A DNA stretch of 64,000 bases from the human T2T-CHM13v2.0 reference genome, Homo sapiens: the NCBI RefSeq assembly GCF_009914755.1, contig NC_060943.1; one strand, given 5' to 3'. The translations under genes and the position numbers were made by a program. Position 1 is the stretch's first letter, and the number at the start of each line of letters is the position of its first letter. The notes beneath the pieces are model-generated. The model saw nothing but the letters and a program-made list of their open reading frames with translations, searched no databases and had not been told where the DNA came from. Below, one piece after another: positions 30,004-45,288 of this stretch.

Positions 30004-30072
30004 GAGGAGGGGAGGTGTGCAGGGCTGGGGTCACTGACTCTGCTTCCCCTGCCCTGCATGGTGTCCCCACAG
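30004..30072 (+). ncRNA. MIR6799: 5'-tailed mirtron hairpin ending at the AP2A1 intron 4 acceptor (MIR6799)
   Basis: GGGGAGGTGTGCAGGGCTGG (30009-30028) pairs with TGCCCTGCATGGTGTCCCCACAG (30050-30072), which ends at the splice AG; name recalled from memory. Confidence 0.75.
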
Positions 30073-30202
30073 GGACAGCATGGACAGTGTCAAGCAGAGT
30101 GCGGCCCTGTGCCTCCTTCGACTGTACAAGGCCTCGCCTGACCTGGTGCCCATGGGCGAGTGGACGGCGCGTGTGGTACACCTGCTCAATGACCAGCACA
30201 TG
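30073..30202 (+). CDS. AP2A1: AP2A1 exon 5
   Basis: [43 protein letters not shown]; donor GTGAGC. Confidence 0.97.
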
Positions 30203-30206
30203 GTGA

Positions 30207-30567
30207 GCCCCCAGCCCTCACACCCCCGGATACCCAGGGCTCCCACCTCAGCCCTGACCCCCCTGGATGCCCGGGGCTCCCACCTCAGCCCTCACACCCC
30301 CGGATACCCAGGGCTCCCACCTCAGCCCACGCACCCCCTGGATGCCCGGGGCTCCCACCTCAGCCCTCACGCCCCCGGATACCCAGGGCTCCCACCTCAG
30401 CCCTCACGCCCCCTGGATGCCCAGGGCTCCCACCTCAGCCCTCACGCCCCCGGATACCCAGGGCTCCCACCTCAGCCCTCACGCCCCCGGATACCCAGGG
30501 CTCCCACCTCAGCCCTCACGCCCCCTGGATGCCTGGGGCTCCCACCTCAGCCCTGATCCCCCTGGAT
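30207..30567 (+). repeat. C-rich 37/38-bp VNTR, nine units
   Basis: tcccacctcagccc at 30241, 30278, 30315, 30353, 30390, 30428, 30465, 30502, 30540. Confidence 0.92.
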
Positions 30568-31128
30568 TCCTGGAGCTTCCCCCTCGGCGCTGACGTTCAC
30601 CAGACACCAGAAACCATGATCCAGTGTCCCCGGTACTCATTACCTGCCCAAGTGTCCAGAAACCCTCCCATCCCCATCTCTGACACTCCCCTGGCTGGCC
30701 AGGGATCCTGTCCAGTGACCCCCACACCCCTCACCAACCACCCAGTCCCTTAGAAAATCCCACTCTGTTTCTAATACCTGGAGATTCCCCCAACAGCGCC
30801 CATCACCTGCGCACCAGCGCAGAAACCTTGACTGTCCCACCCCCACAGTCCCAACCCTCTAGAGTCTCGCCCCTTCACTGCTCCTTACCCAGCTGCCTGG
30901 GGTCCTGCCAGGGACACCCCACACACCCAGGTCAGTGCTGGCCATGGCGCCCGAGGCCCCGTGGCCTCCTCACCCCACCCCTAAAGCACGCACAGTGACA
31001 CATGTGCACACCCCTAAACCCCATCTTCCCGACTGCACACACATCCCGACCCTGTCCCGCTCCTGAGCCTCTGCTCTCAGGTACCACCTCCCCCAGGGGC
31101 CTGACTTGTCTCTCCTCTGCCCCTGCAG

Positions 31129-31230
31129 GGTGTGGTCACGGCCGCCGTCAGCCTCATCACCTGTCTCTGCAAGAAGAACCCAGATGACTTCAAGACGTGC
31201 GTCTCTCTGGCTGTGTCGCGCCTGAGCCGG
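31129..31230 (+). CDS. AP2A1: AP2A1 exon 6
   Basis: [34 protein letters not shown]; ctgcAG / GTGGGT. Confidence 0.95.
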
Positions 31231-31895
31231 GTGGGTGTGGCCTAGATATTGGCTGCTGGAGGTGGCCCTGGCATCCCTATGCCCTCTGACACCCCTCAGG
31301 CCCCCACTCTCCCTGAGAGGCAGCCCAGCCCAAGGTTTACAAACTCAGGCTCTGAGCTGGATTCATCCTGGCTCGGCCTCTTCCTGGCTGGGTGGCCCTG
31401 GACAAGTGGCTTCACCTCCCTGGCCTCAGCTGCCCCCTGTGTTCAGTGGGGATAATACCGGTGCCCACCTGGAGGCACAGAGCGCTGTGGATAGAGTGCT
31501 CAGAACAGGGCCTCGCGGGCCGAGCACCCCGGGAGCCAGCCGCCCTCATGACCTCCTCCCTCTCCCACTTCTCTCTCTGTCTCCCACTTTCCCTCTTCTG
31601 GCTTTGCCTCCCGCCTCTCTCTTTCCTGTGCAGCCTCTCACTCCTGCCTGGCGTCCCTCTCCCACCTTTGCTCCTGTCCTGCCCAGGAACATCCCCTGAG
31701 GCCTTGTGCATGCCAGGCTCCATGTCGGGTGACACCAGGGACACAGATGAGTCAGAACCAAGCTCTGCTCTTAAGGAGCTCCCTGTCCTTCTGGCAGGGA
31801 GGTGACTCAGTCACAGATTGTCAGAAAAGGGGTGACTCGTGCTATAATGGAGGTAGGATAGGTCACCCATAGGAGGCACTTAACACAGCCTGTGA

Positions 31896-33640
<1,745 letters not shown>

Positions 33641-33767
33641 CCACTAACAAAACCATTAACACTGACAGCACTGCCCTTGGAAGGCACCATTTGCTCCACC
33701 CTGGCATGTGGACCCACGTGCCCCTCCCACCCCAGCCCCCAACTTATTTCTTGCTCTTCCCCGCCAG

Positions 33768-33876
33768 ATCGTCTCCTCTGCCTCCACCGACCTCCAGGAC
33801 TACACCTACTACTTCGTCCCAGCACCCTGGCTCTCGGTGAAGCTCCTGCGGCTGCTGCAGTGCTACCCGCCTCCAG
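33768..33876 (+). CDS. AP2A1: AP2A1 exon 7
   Basis: [36 protein letters not shown]; donor G|GTAATG. Confidence 0.97.
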
Positions 33877-34699
33877 GTAATGAACGCCGTGCACTCCCCA
33901 ACCCGGGGTGGCCTGCTGCTGGCATCTGGGGGCCTCCTGCTCCACGGCGCACCAGGTGGGACTGGAGGGTCTGGGTCAGGATTTCTCTGAAGCTGGGGCG
34001 GTTCCTCTGTCCCCTTACGTGGCTGCACTCGGGGAGGCAAGCAGGCAGCCCGAGGCCCAGCGCCTACCCTGTGCAGCATCGTGGATCAGCCTCATAGCTG
34101 AGGTCCCTGCTACCCGGGCTCTCACTCCAGCCCTGTTGCGAGGGACTGTTAACTGTGCCTGTTTTATAGATGAGGAATCTGAGGCTTGGAGAGGGAGCTC
34201 CTGGCCCAGCGTCACTCACCCGGTCAGTGGGTGATTCCAGGCCGTGCTACCTGAATTACCATAGCCCTGTCAGGGGTTTTCACATCTGTTGGGAACCTTC
34301 CCCTACTGCTCACAGTCACAATAGCCAGTGTGTATGAAACTCCTGTAGTGAGCCAGGCACTGGGCAGGGGGCACCTGCACCTGCCGAACAGAGCTGGCAA
34401 GGAGGAACAGCCAGTGTGATATGCACACAGGGAAACTGAGGCTTGGAGGTGAGACATCACCATTCTAGGCAGTAAGTGGCAGTTGGCCCCCAGACTCTCT
34501 GCTCTAAACCCCTCCCTCTGCCACTGAGCTCCCCCGAGCTTCTGTCGCCTTGGCTGACTGACCTCATGGAGCAGTTTCTTCGGACCCTGTGCTGAGGGGC
34601 TTGGCACACAGTAGGTGCTAATGCACCAGTTCCCTCCATTCAGCCAGCATGTCCAGCACCTGCCAGGGGCCAGGGCTGATGTACACCACCAAATCTCTG

Positions 34700-35065
34700 G
34701 GTGTGCATGCCTGTCTGTGTGCATGCCTGCATGCGTGCATGCGTTCGCCTGTGTGTGTCGATACCTGCCCGTGTGCATGCATGTCTGCGTGCATCCCCTG
34801 TGTGTGGATGTGTCATTGTGTGTGCATCTGTATGTATGCGTGTCTGTGTCTATATGTGGCAGTGTTCATGGTATCTCTGTGTCCCTCTATGTGTGTACAT
34901 GTGTATATATCAGTGTGTGCATCTACATGTGTACCTGTGCATGCAAGTGGATGTGTACATGAGTGTAGATACCTGTGTGCATGCCTGTGTGTGCGTGTCT
35001 CAATGCTTGCCAGCATCTACGTGTGTCCATGCATGTCCCTCTGCACATGGTGTGTGTGTACACAC
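34700..35065 (+). repeat. Degenerate (TG)n/(TGCA)n low-complexity tract
   Basis: Alternating purine-pyrimidine sequence gtgtgcatgcctgtctgtgtgcatgc... Confidence 0.85.
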
Positions 35066-35698
35066 TCTGAGTATACGATATGGAGGTGACACCAGAGGCC
35101 CATCGTGTGTGAAGCCAGTGATGAATTCTGTTGTGTGGCCCTGGGGACATGTCTTCCTTCTCTGGGCCTCTTTTTCGTCCTGTCAAGAAGGGCTTAAGTC
35201 ATGCTCTAAGCCCATGACCACCCCAGAAGGCCCAGCTGGTAATTCTGGGGTACACCCATTGCAGGCACCTCACCCACTCCAACCCTCGGTGGTGTAGGAA
35301 CTGGAGACACAGCCTTGTCCTGAGGCTGGGCCTGAGGACACACCAACCCTGTGTCACCTCCTTTTCAGCAAATGGTGGTGGGCTATTGCCAATTTGTTTG
35401 CAAGTCATTTTTTTGTCATATGCATTATGAAAAGTTTCCCAGCATCCAGATAAGTACAGAGATTTCATTACTTGGACTTCACATTTTGCCATGTATGCAT
35501 GCTCTTGTTTATTTTCTTCTGAAATATTTAAAAGTAAATTACAGACATCATGATGTTTTGCCTTTAAATATGTTGTTCTGGGCCAGGCACAGTGGCTCAC
35601 GCCTGTAATCCCAGCAATCTGGGAGGCCGAGGTAGAAGGATCACTTGAGCTCAGGAATTCGAGACCAGTCTGGCCAACATGGCAAAACCCCATCTCTA

Positions 35699-35925
<227 letters not shown>

Positions 35926-36939
35926 TCAATCGGATTCTGCCAGGCTCAGTGGCTAACACTGTCATCCCAGCACTTTGGGAGGCTGAGGCAGAAGGATCGC
36001 TTGAGCCCAGGAGTTTGAGATCAGACTGGACAACATAGTTGCCCTGTTTCCAAAAAATAGGATTTAAATTGGATTCTGTCTTTGTTATTTCTCGTAGTCT
36101 GGACTAGCCCCCCTACACCTGTTTATGGAGAAACCAGGAGATGCCATTGCTGTGTGTCCCATGGTGGCGACTGGGCTCATTGCTGCCTTGTGGTGTATTT
36201 TAGCTTGTTCCTCTATCTGGTGAATTTTCCTGCGGAAAATTCTGCAGAAAAATCTGCGGAACCATTTTTTGCTGGAACGCTTGACAGCTCTTGCATACAC
36301 TTGAAAACACGTCACATTCTAGGAAACGTGGTGATTGGTGCTCCTGTGAGCTGCTGGCTGGCATCTGTCAGTGGTGGAGAGCTCTGGGGGGTGAGGGGGC
36401 ACCTGGTTGAGCCTTGTCTCCTTTGGCCTCCCAGCCTCTAGGCCAGGAGGATGGCACCGAGTGTGCCTGCAGTGGCCTCTTGCTGAATGGACACTTGGGT
36501 GGGTGGCTTGTGCATTTTTGTCAGGGGCTGCTCAGCACTCACACCAGTCCTTGGGAAGGCCTGGGTTTGGGGGCACCTCTGGGGAAGGTTCCTGGAGCTT
36601 CCTTTGCTCTGTGAGAAACCTAAGGAGCCTCAGAGCTGCAGATGAGGAAACTGAGGCTCACATGGTGCCACCTCTTGCCCGAGAGGGTCAGAGCAGGAGG
36701 AGAGCCCAGGTCTGGGGATAGATCTTGTGTCTCCAGAGGTGCCTTGTCTCACCATCTCTGCTGGGCTGGGAAGAGGTTGAGGGAGCAGAGACCCTGGCCC
36801 TGAGCTGCAGAATTCTCGAGTGTCAGAGGCACCCCGAGCTCCTCCTTTGGAAGACAGGAGCTGGGGCATGGCCACCACCCCAGCAGGTGTGCCAGGTGGG
36901 CAGGACACTCAGCCGGGGGCGTCCCCTTCGTTTCCCCAG

Positions 36940-37090
36940 AGGATGCGGCTGTGAAGGGGCGGCTGGTGGAATGTCTGGAGACTGTGCTCAACAAGGCCCA
37001 GGAGCCCCCCAAATCCAAGAAGGTGCAGCATTCCAACGCCAAGAACGCCATCCTCTTCGAGACCATCAGCCTCATCATCCACTATGACAG
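36940..37090 (+). CDS. AP2A1: AP2A1 exon 8
   Basis: (E)[49 protein letters not shown](S). Confidence 0.96.
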
Positions 37091-37464
37091 GTGCCCGCCT
37101 GGGCCTATCAGGGCCTGATGCCTGGGGCCAGGAAAGAGGGGCATGGAGGCCCGGACTCCTGAGTCCTAGGCAGAGGGCAGGGAATCTTGACTTTTAGGTA
37201 GGGTAGGAGGAGGATGGGGCTGTGAAGTGTCACCTGTGAGGTTGGTGCTGGGGCCCTTCCTGGGGGCAGAATTGCTAGGTATCTTTCTCTGGGCTCAAAG
37301 GCCCAGTTGTCTGGGTCACTGGAGGTGCAGTACTGCGATGCAAGGCCGGCAAGGTTAAGACCTGGATCCTTGGGGGCTGTGAGATGGGTCAGCTGGGGCC
37401 CGAGTCCTCCACCTTCTCCTGTCAGTTTCTCTCACCATCCCTCTCTTGTGGCCCCTGCTGGCAG

Positions 37465-37633
37465 TGAGCCCAACCTCCTGGTTCGGGCCTGCAACCAGCT
37501 GGGCCAGTTCCTGCAGCACCGGGAGACCAACCTGCGCTACCTGGCCCTGGAGAGCATGTGCACGCTGGCCAGCTCCGAGTTCTCCCATGAAGCCGTCAAG
37601 ACGCACATTGACACCGTCATCAATGCCCTCAAG
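37465..37633 (+). CDS. AP2A1: AP2A1 exon 9
   Basis: [56 protein letters not shown]. Confidence 0.97.
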
Positions 37634-37766
37634 GTGTGAGCCCTTGGAGCCCACCCCGGGCCTGCCACCCCCCTCAGAAAGACCAGAGGCTCAGAGGCCC
37701 TTGGGTGGCCAACCCTGTGCCAACAGGGAGTCTAAAACACACCTGGGCTCTGCTCTCCGCCCTCAG

Positions 37767-37904
37767 ACGGAGCGGGACGTCAGCGTGCGGCAGCGGGCGG
37801 CTGACCTCCTCTACGCCATGTGTGACCGGAGCAATGCCAAGCAGATCGTGTCGGAGATGCTGCGGTACCTGGAGACGGCAGACTACGCCATCCGCGAGGA
37901 GATC
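37767..37904 (+). CDS. AP2A1: AP2A1 exon 10
   Basis: [46 protein letters not shown]; donor GTGAGT. Confidence 0.97.
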
Positions 37905-38105
37905 GTGAGTGCTGTGGGGTGCGGGCTGGACTCTTGGGTCTGAGGCAGGAGGTGGCTGGGGGCCTGGATTCCTAAGTCTAAGGGAGGAGGGGCTGGGGCC
38001 TGGACTCCTGGGTCTCCAGATGGGGGCAGTGGTGAGCCCAGATCCAGGTGAGTGAAAGCCCGACATGGCCTGCGGCACACTCTCTCTCACACGCCCCGGC
38101 GGCAG

Positions 38106-38288
38106 GTCCTGAAGGTGGCCATCCTGGCCGAGAAGTACGCCGTGGACTACAGCTGGTACGTGGACACCATCCTCAACCTCATCCGCATTGCGGGCGACTA
38201 CGTGAGTGAGGAGGTGTGGTACCGTGTGCTACAGATCGTCACCAACCGTGATGACGTCCAGGGCTATGCCGCCAAGACCGTCTTTGAG
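38106..38288 (+). CDS. AP2A1: AP2A1 exon 11
   Basis: [61 protein letters not shown]. Confidence 0.97.
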
Positions 38289-39098
38289 GTCAGCATCCCT
38301 GACCCTGACCCTATGACCCCACGACAGGACCTAGAGGCAGAGCAAGGATGGCCGGGGCCGTGGCGCCTGCCAGCCCGCAGCCACCCTCCTTCTCCTGCAC
38401 TGCCGTGACCTCAAAATGGGGCCTCTGCCTCTCTGGGCCAACCCAGGGGACCCAGGGCTATGGTCTCATGGGCCTGATGTGAGGAGTCCCCAGGGCATGG
38501 GCATGGGGCACCCAGTGTGCAGTCCTGGCCCCCGGATCTCGGTAGTTTCCCTCTGCCCCAGGAAAGGGGCCCCACACAGTCCTGTTTTTTGTTTGTTTGT
38601 TTGTTTGTTTCTGGAGACGGAGTCTCACTCTGTTGCCCAGGCTGGAGTGGGGAGTGAGTGCCGTGGTGCGATCTCGGCTCACTGCAACCTCGGCCTCCCA
38701 GCGTCAAGCCATTCTCCTGCCTCAGCCTCCCCAGTAGCTGGTACTACAGGCACGCGCCACCACACCCAGCTAATTTGTTTGTATTTTTAGTAGAGACGGG
38801 GTTTCACCATGTTACCCAGGCTGGTTTGAAACTCCTGAGCTCAGGCAATCTGCCCGCCTCGGCCTCCCAAAGTACCAGGATTACAGGCATGAGCCACTGC
38901 TTCCGGCCCACAGCCCTGTTTTACTTCCTGTGTGAGCTTGGGCCCGTCACTCAACCTTTCTGTGACTCAGTTTCCCACCTATAACCCCACCTGCAGCAGA
39001 GCTTTCAGTGTTCCACCAGTCAGTAGGTGGCTGCACCCACCGATCCCGGAGAGGGCGCTCATTGTTGTCCTCTCCACGCCCTTCCCCACCCCACTCAG

Positions 39099-39196
39099 GC
39101 GCTCCAGGCCCCTGCCTGTCACGAGAACATGGTGAAGGTTGGCGGCTACATCCTTGGGGAGTTTGGGAACCTGATTGCTGGGGACCCCCGCTCCAG
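39099..39196 (+). CDS. AP2A1: AP2A1 exon 12
   Basis: [32 protein letters not shown](S); donor GTGAGG. Confidence 0.96.
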
Positions 39197-39527
39197 GTGA
39201 GGGAGCCTCAGCCTGCAGGGGAGAACACACATGCTTCTGAGGGGTCCAGGGCTTGGGGGATCCCCAGGGGTCTCAGGGCAGGCAGTGATGGGCTCCCATC
39301 CTCTCGGCCTCCACCCCAATCCACCTAGCAGGGTAAGAAAGGAGCTTAGTCCCAGGATCGTGGACAGAGTGTGACTGCGGCCCCTGTCTGGTGCCTGGGG
39401 AGGGCCACTCCCCTCCAGCAGCTTGGGGTCCTGGGACGGGTCCATCCTAGGGAGGGGCACCTCTCGAGGGGGTTTCTGGGAGAGGGCAGTGGAACCTGGC
39501 CCCGCTGACACCCACTCCTGCACACAG

Positions 39528-39759
39528 CCCCCCAGTGCAGTTCTCCCTGCTCCACTCCAAGTTCCATCTGTGCAGCGTGGCCACGCGGGCGCTGCTGCTG
39601 TCCACCTACATCAAGTTCATCAACCTCTTCCCCGAGACCAAGGCCACCATCCAGGGCGTCCTGCGGGCCGGCTCCCAGCTGCGCAATGCTGACGTGGAGC
39701 TGCAGCAGCGAGCCGTGGAGTACCTCACCCTCAGCTCAGTGGCCAGCACCGACGTCCTG
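39528..39759 (+). CDS. AP2A1: AP2A1 exon 13
   Basis: [46 protein letters not shown]...ASTDVL. Confidence 0.96.
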
Positions 39760-39859
39760 GTCAGAGCCCTGTCCCCCCACCCCACCCCTCTTGCACACCC
39801 CCTTCCCGCCCTCCCCTCCTCCTGACCCGAACTGACCTTCCCCACCCCGACCGCGCCAG

Positions 39860-40027
39860 GCCACGGTGCTGGAGGAGATGCCGCCCTTCCCCGAGCGCGA
39901 GTCGTCCATCCTGGCCAAGCTGAAACGCAAGAAGGGGCCAGGGGCCGGCAGCGCCCTGGACGATGGCCGGAGGGACCCCAGCAGCAACGACATCAACGGG
40001 GGCATGGAGCCCACCCCCAGCACTGTG
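39860..40027 (+). CDS. AP2A1: AP2A1 exon 14
   Basis: [28 protein letters not shown]...PTPSTV; donor GTGAGT. Confidence 0.96.
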
Positions 40028-40118
40028 GTGAGTCCCCTGGGGTGGGCCCTGCCAGGGTGCCTGGGGCTGGGTCCTGCCGGGCGCCGCCTGTCCTCACCGT
40101 GACCTGCGCTTCCTACAG

Positions 40119-40279
40119 TCGACGCCCTCGCCCTCCGCCGACCTCCTGGGGCTGCGGGCAGCCCCTCCCCCGGCAGCACCCCCGGCTTCTGCAGGAGCAG
40201 GGAACCTTCTGGTGGACGTCTTCGATGGCCCGGCCGCCCAGCCCAGCCTGGGGCCCACCCCCGAGGAGGCCTTCCTCAG
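40119..40279 (+). CDS. AP2A1: AP2A1 exon 15 (hinge)
   Basis: [53 protein letters not shown](S). Confidence 0.95.
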
Positions 40280-40671
40280 GTAGCACCCCCTGGGCCCGGG
40301 CCCCTTCTCGCGGCCACCCCCAGGGCTGTCCCTTCTCGGCCTCTGTCCCCGTTTTCCCTGAGCCCCTCCCCCGCCCCCGACTCGCTCCTCTCTCCATCCT
40401 GATGCCTTCGCCAGCCCTGGCTGCTGCCTCCCCTGCCCCAGCCTCCCTGCTCACGCCCTCCCTCTGCCACTCTGGACTCCGCCGACCCTGGCCACCCTTC
40501 GTTGTCTCCTTTCCTGTCACCGTTTCTCAGCCTGCTCTTCCTTTTCTCCTTCTCTCCTTCCCTCTTCCGTCCCTCCCTCTCTGTCTCTCTTCTGCCCTCT
40601 CGCTGCCTATGTGGAATTGGCTGCCTGCCACGCCTGTCTTCTCTTGTCTGCTCTGGGATTGGATGGCTCAG

Positions 40672-40737
40672 CGAGCTGGAGCCGCCTGCCCCCGAGAGCC
40701 CCATGGCTTTGCTGGCTGACCCAGCTCCAGCTGCTGA
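40672..40737 (+). CDS. AP2A1: AP2A1 exon 16, 66-nt alternative (neural long isoform) hinge exon
   Basis: ELEPPAPESPMALLADPAPAA(D); symmetric phase 2-2; donor GA|GTAAGG; its inclusion gives 977 aa versus 955 aa. Confidence 0.88.
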
Positions 40738-41086
40738 GTAAGGGGTGGCCTGGGGTGGGAGGTCGGTCGGGGGGGCGGACTCGGGTGTCCCCAGGGAGAG
40801 TTAGGGGACTGGGAGCCCTCGTCAACGGGTTCCTGATGAGCAGCAGAGGCAGGGACTTGGAGGAAAGGGAAACTTGGTGTCTGCCGATGCGGGGGCACGG
40901 GCCAGGGTTCTATTCCCATTGGAGGCCACTGCTGGATGGATGCGAGGTTCCTCGAGGCTCTGTGAGGGGTCTGGATATGTGGTTCTGGGGTTCTGTCCTT
41001 AGGGCTTGTTCTCGCACTCAATCGCTCTGGGCCTTTGCCCCTCCCCACCAAGTTCCTTCCCATCTCACTCTGCTCCATGCCTCCAG

Positions 41087-41143
41087 CCCAGGTCCTGAGG
41101 ACATCGGCCCTCCCATTCCGGAAGCCGATGAGTTGCTGAATAA
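41087..41143 (+). CDS. AP2A1: AP2A1 exon 17
   Basis: PGPEDIGPPIPEADELLN(K); donor GTGAGT. Confidence 0.93.
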
Positions 41144-41244
41144 GTGAGTCCTGGGAGTGGTGGGGGAGGGGAACGGGACAGGTGCGGAGCCCAGGCCAGG
41201 TGCAGACAGGCACCCCCGTCATCTTGCGCCCCCTGCCCCCTCAG

Positions 41245-41327
41245 GTTTGTGTGTAAGAACAACGGGGTCCTGTTCGAGAACCAGCTGCTGCAGATCGGAG
41301 TCAAGTCAGAGTTCCGACAGAACCTGG
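41245..41327 (+). CDS. AP2A1: AP2A1 exon 18 (appendage domain)
   Basis: [27 protein letters not shown](G). Confidence 0.96.
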
Positions 41328-41424
41328 GTGTGTCCCGGGGGACTGTGGGAATGGGTCGGAGGGAGACCTTGGGGAAGGGGTCAGAGGGACTCAGATGGAG
41401 CTCTGCCTCCCCCACCTACTGCAG

Positions 41425-41514
41425 GCCGCATGTATCTCTTCTATGGCAACAAGACCTCGGTGCAGTTCCAGAATTTCTCACCCACTGTGGTTCACCCGGG
41501 AGACCTCCAGACTC
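41425..41514 (+). CDS. AP2A1: AP2A1 exon 19
   Basis: [29 protein letters not shown](Q); followed by U12 donor ATATCCTC. Confidence 0.93.
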
Positions 41515-43590
<2,076 letters not shown>

Positions 43591-43714
43591 AGCTGGCTGT
43601 GCAGACCAAGCGCGTGGCGGCGCAGGTGGACGGCGGCGCGCAGGTGCAGCAGGTGCTCAATATCGAGTGCCTGCGGGACTTCCTGACGCCCCCGCTGCTG
43701 TCCGTGCGCTTCCG
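43591..43714 (+). CDS. AP2A1: AP2A1 exon 20
   Basis: [40 protein letters not shown](R); donor GTGAGT. Confidence 0.94.
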
Positions 43715-43798
43715 GTGAGTCAGGTACGGCGCGGCCGGTGGGCGGAGCCTCCGGGGTGAGGGGCGGGGCCTAATGGAGCCTCCCTTTCACCTCATCAG

Positions 43799-43915
43799 GT
43801 ACGGTGGCGCCCCCCAGGCCCTCACCCTGAAGCTCCCAGTGACCATCAACAAGTTCTTCCAGCCCACCGAGATGGCGGCCCAGGATTTCTTCCAGCGCTG
43901 GAAGCAGCTGAGCCT
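43799..43915 (+). CDS. AP2A1: AP2A1 exon 21
   Basis: [38 protein letters not shown](L). Confidence 0.96.
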
Positions 43916-44009
43916 GTGAGGGGTGGGGAGGGGGCGGAGCCAAAGCCGCGCCTCTGGGTGGGCGGGTCGGGCCGTCCAGGTCCCTGACTTGAACCTTCCC
44001 GGTCCCCAG

Positions 44010-44079
44010 CCCTCAACAGGAGGCGCAGAAAATCTTCAAAGCCAACCACCCCATGGACGCAGAAGTTACTAAGGCCAAG
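44010..44079 (+). CDS. AP2A1: AP2A1 exon 22
   Basis: [23 protein letters not shown]; donor GTGAGA. Confidence 0.96.
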
Positions 44080-44256
44080 GTGAGAGACCGCGGGCGTGTT
44101 TGCCGGCCTATGGCTGCTTTGCTTCTCTGAGCCTCTGTTTTCCCATCTGTAAAGTGGGGCCAATTCCCATCCCCAAGGGTTTTTTGGGATCTGGGATGCC
44201 ACTGTGTGGTAACTAACAGCTCTGGCACACTCTGACGGCGCCCCCCCTCCTCCCAG

Positions 44257-44391
44257 CTTCTGGGGTTTGGCTCTGCTCTCCTGGACAATGTGGACCCCAA
44301 CCCTGAGAACTTCGTGGGGGCGGGGATCATCCAGACTAAAGCCCTGCAGGTGGGCTGTCTGCTTCGGCTGGAGCCCAATGCCCAGGCCCAG
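44257..44391 (+). CDS. AP2A1: AP2A1 exon 23
   Basis: [45 protein letters not shown]; donor GTGAGT. Confidence 0.97.
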
Positions 44392-44818
44392 GTGAGTGCT
44401 GCTGTGGGAGGCCTGAGGCCGGCAGGAAGGCCGCCTGTCATCTCTGCGTCCACCCTTCCTGCCTCACTGTTCTTTAATTCACGTCCCCACTTTGACCCTC
44501 CTCCTCTCACATTTCTTTGTCCACTTTTACTCCTCTTTATCTATCAGTTTAATCTCCTGTCTCCAACCTCTGGTGTTCCTCTCCTCTTCCTGTCCCTCCC
44601 TGATTTCTACCTTTCCATATCCTTTCCACCTTTCTCTCATCTTTTATAATTTTCTTCCTCTCTGGCGCCTCTGTTGATTTCAGTCTTACATTTTTCTCTC
44701 CTGTGTCTTGTATCACCTTTCTGGCCCCTTTATCCTTCCTTCCTTCTATCTCCCTTGGGTCCCGACTTCCCTGGGCTCCCCATCTCCTCTGAGTTCTGCC
44801 CCCAATGCCCCCACCCAG

Positions 44819-44896
44819 ATGTACCGGCTGACCCTGCGCACCAGCAAGGAGCCCGTCTCCCGTCACCTGTGTGAGCTGCTGGCACAGCAGTTCTGA
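44819..44896 (+). CDS. AP2A1: AP2A1 last coding exon (24)
   Basis: [25 protein letters not shown] then TGA; summed CDS is 977 codons plus stop. Confidence 0.97.
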   Translation: MYRLTLRTSKEPVSRHLCELLAQQF

Positions 44897-45043
44897 GCCC
44901 TGGACTCTGCCCCGGGGGATGTGGCCGGCACTGGGCAGCCCCTTGGACTGAGGCAGTTTTGGTGGATGGGGGACCTCCACTGGTGACAGAGAAGACACCA
45001 GGGTTTGGGGGATGCCTGGGACTTTCCTCCGGCCTTTTGTATT

Positions 45044-45049
45044 TTTATT
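45044..45049 (-). terminator. FUZ: Probable FUZ polyadenylation signal
   Basis: TTTATT on + equals AATAAA on -, about 240 nt after the FUZ stop. Confidence 0.7.
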
Positions 45050-45230
45050 TTTGTTCATCTGCTGCTGTTTACATTCTGGGGGGTTAGGGGGAGTCCCCCT
45101 CCCTCCCTTTCCCCCCCAAGCACAGAGGGGAGAGGGGCCAGGGAAGTGGATGTCTCCTCCCCTCCCACCCCACCCTGTTGTAGCCCCTCCTACCCCCTCC
45201 CCATCCAGGGGCTGTGTATTATTGTGAGCG

Positions 45231-45236
45231 AATAAA
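45231..45236 (+). terminator. AP2A1: AP2A1 polyadenylation signal
   Basis: AATAAA with upstream TGTA and downstream GT-rich tgtctgtgt. Confidence 0.85.
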
Positions 45237-45288
45237 CAGAGAGACGCTAACAGCCCCATGTCTGTGTCCATCACCCACTGCTAGGTAG

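Noticed and set aside
30080-30593. Repetitive Pro-rich proteins from ORFs running through the VNTR (also the Cys/Val-rich ORFs at 34615-35297)
   Set aside because: Read-through past a consensus GTGAG donor into simple repeats; no independent coding evidence
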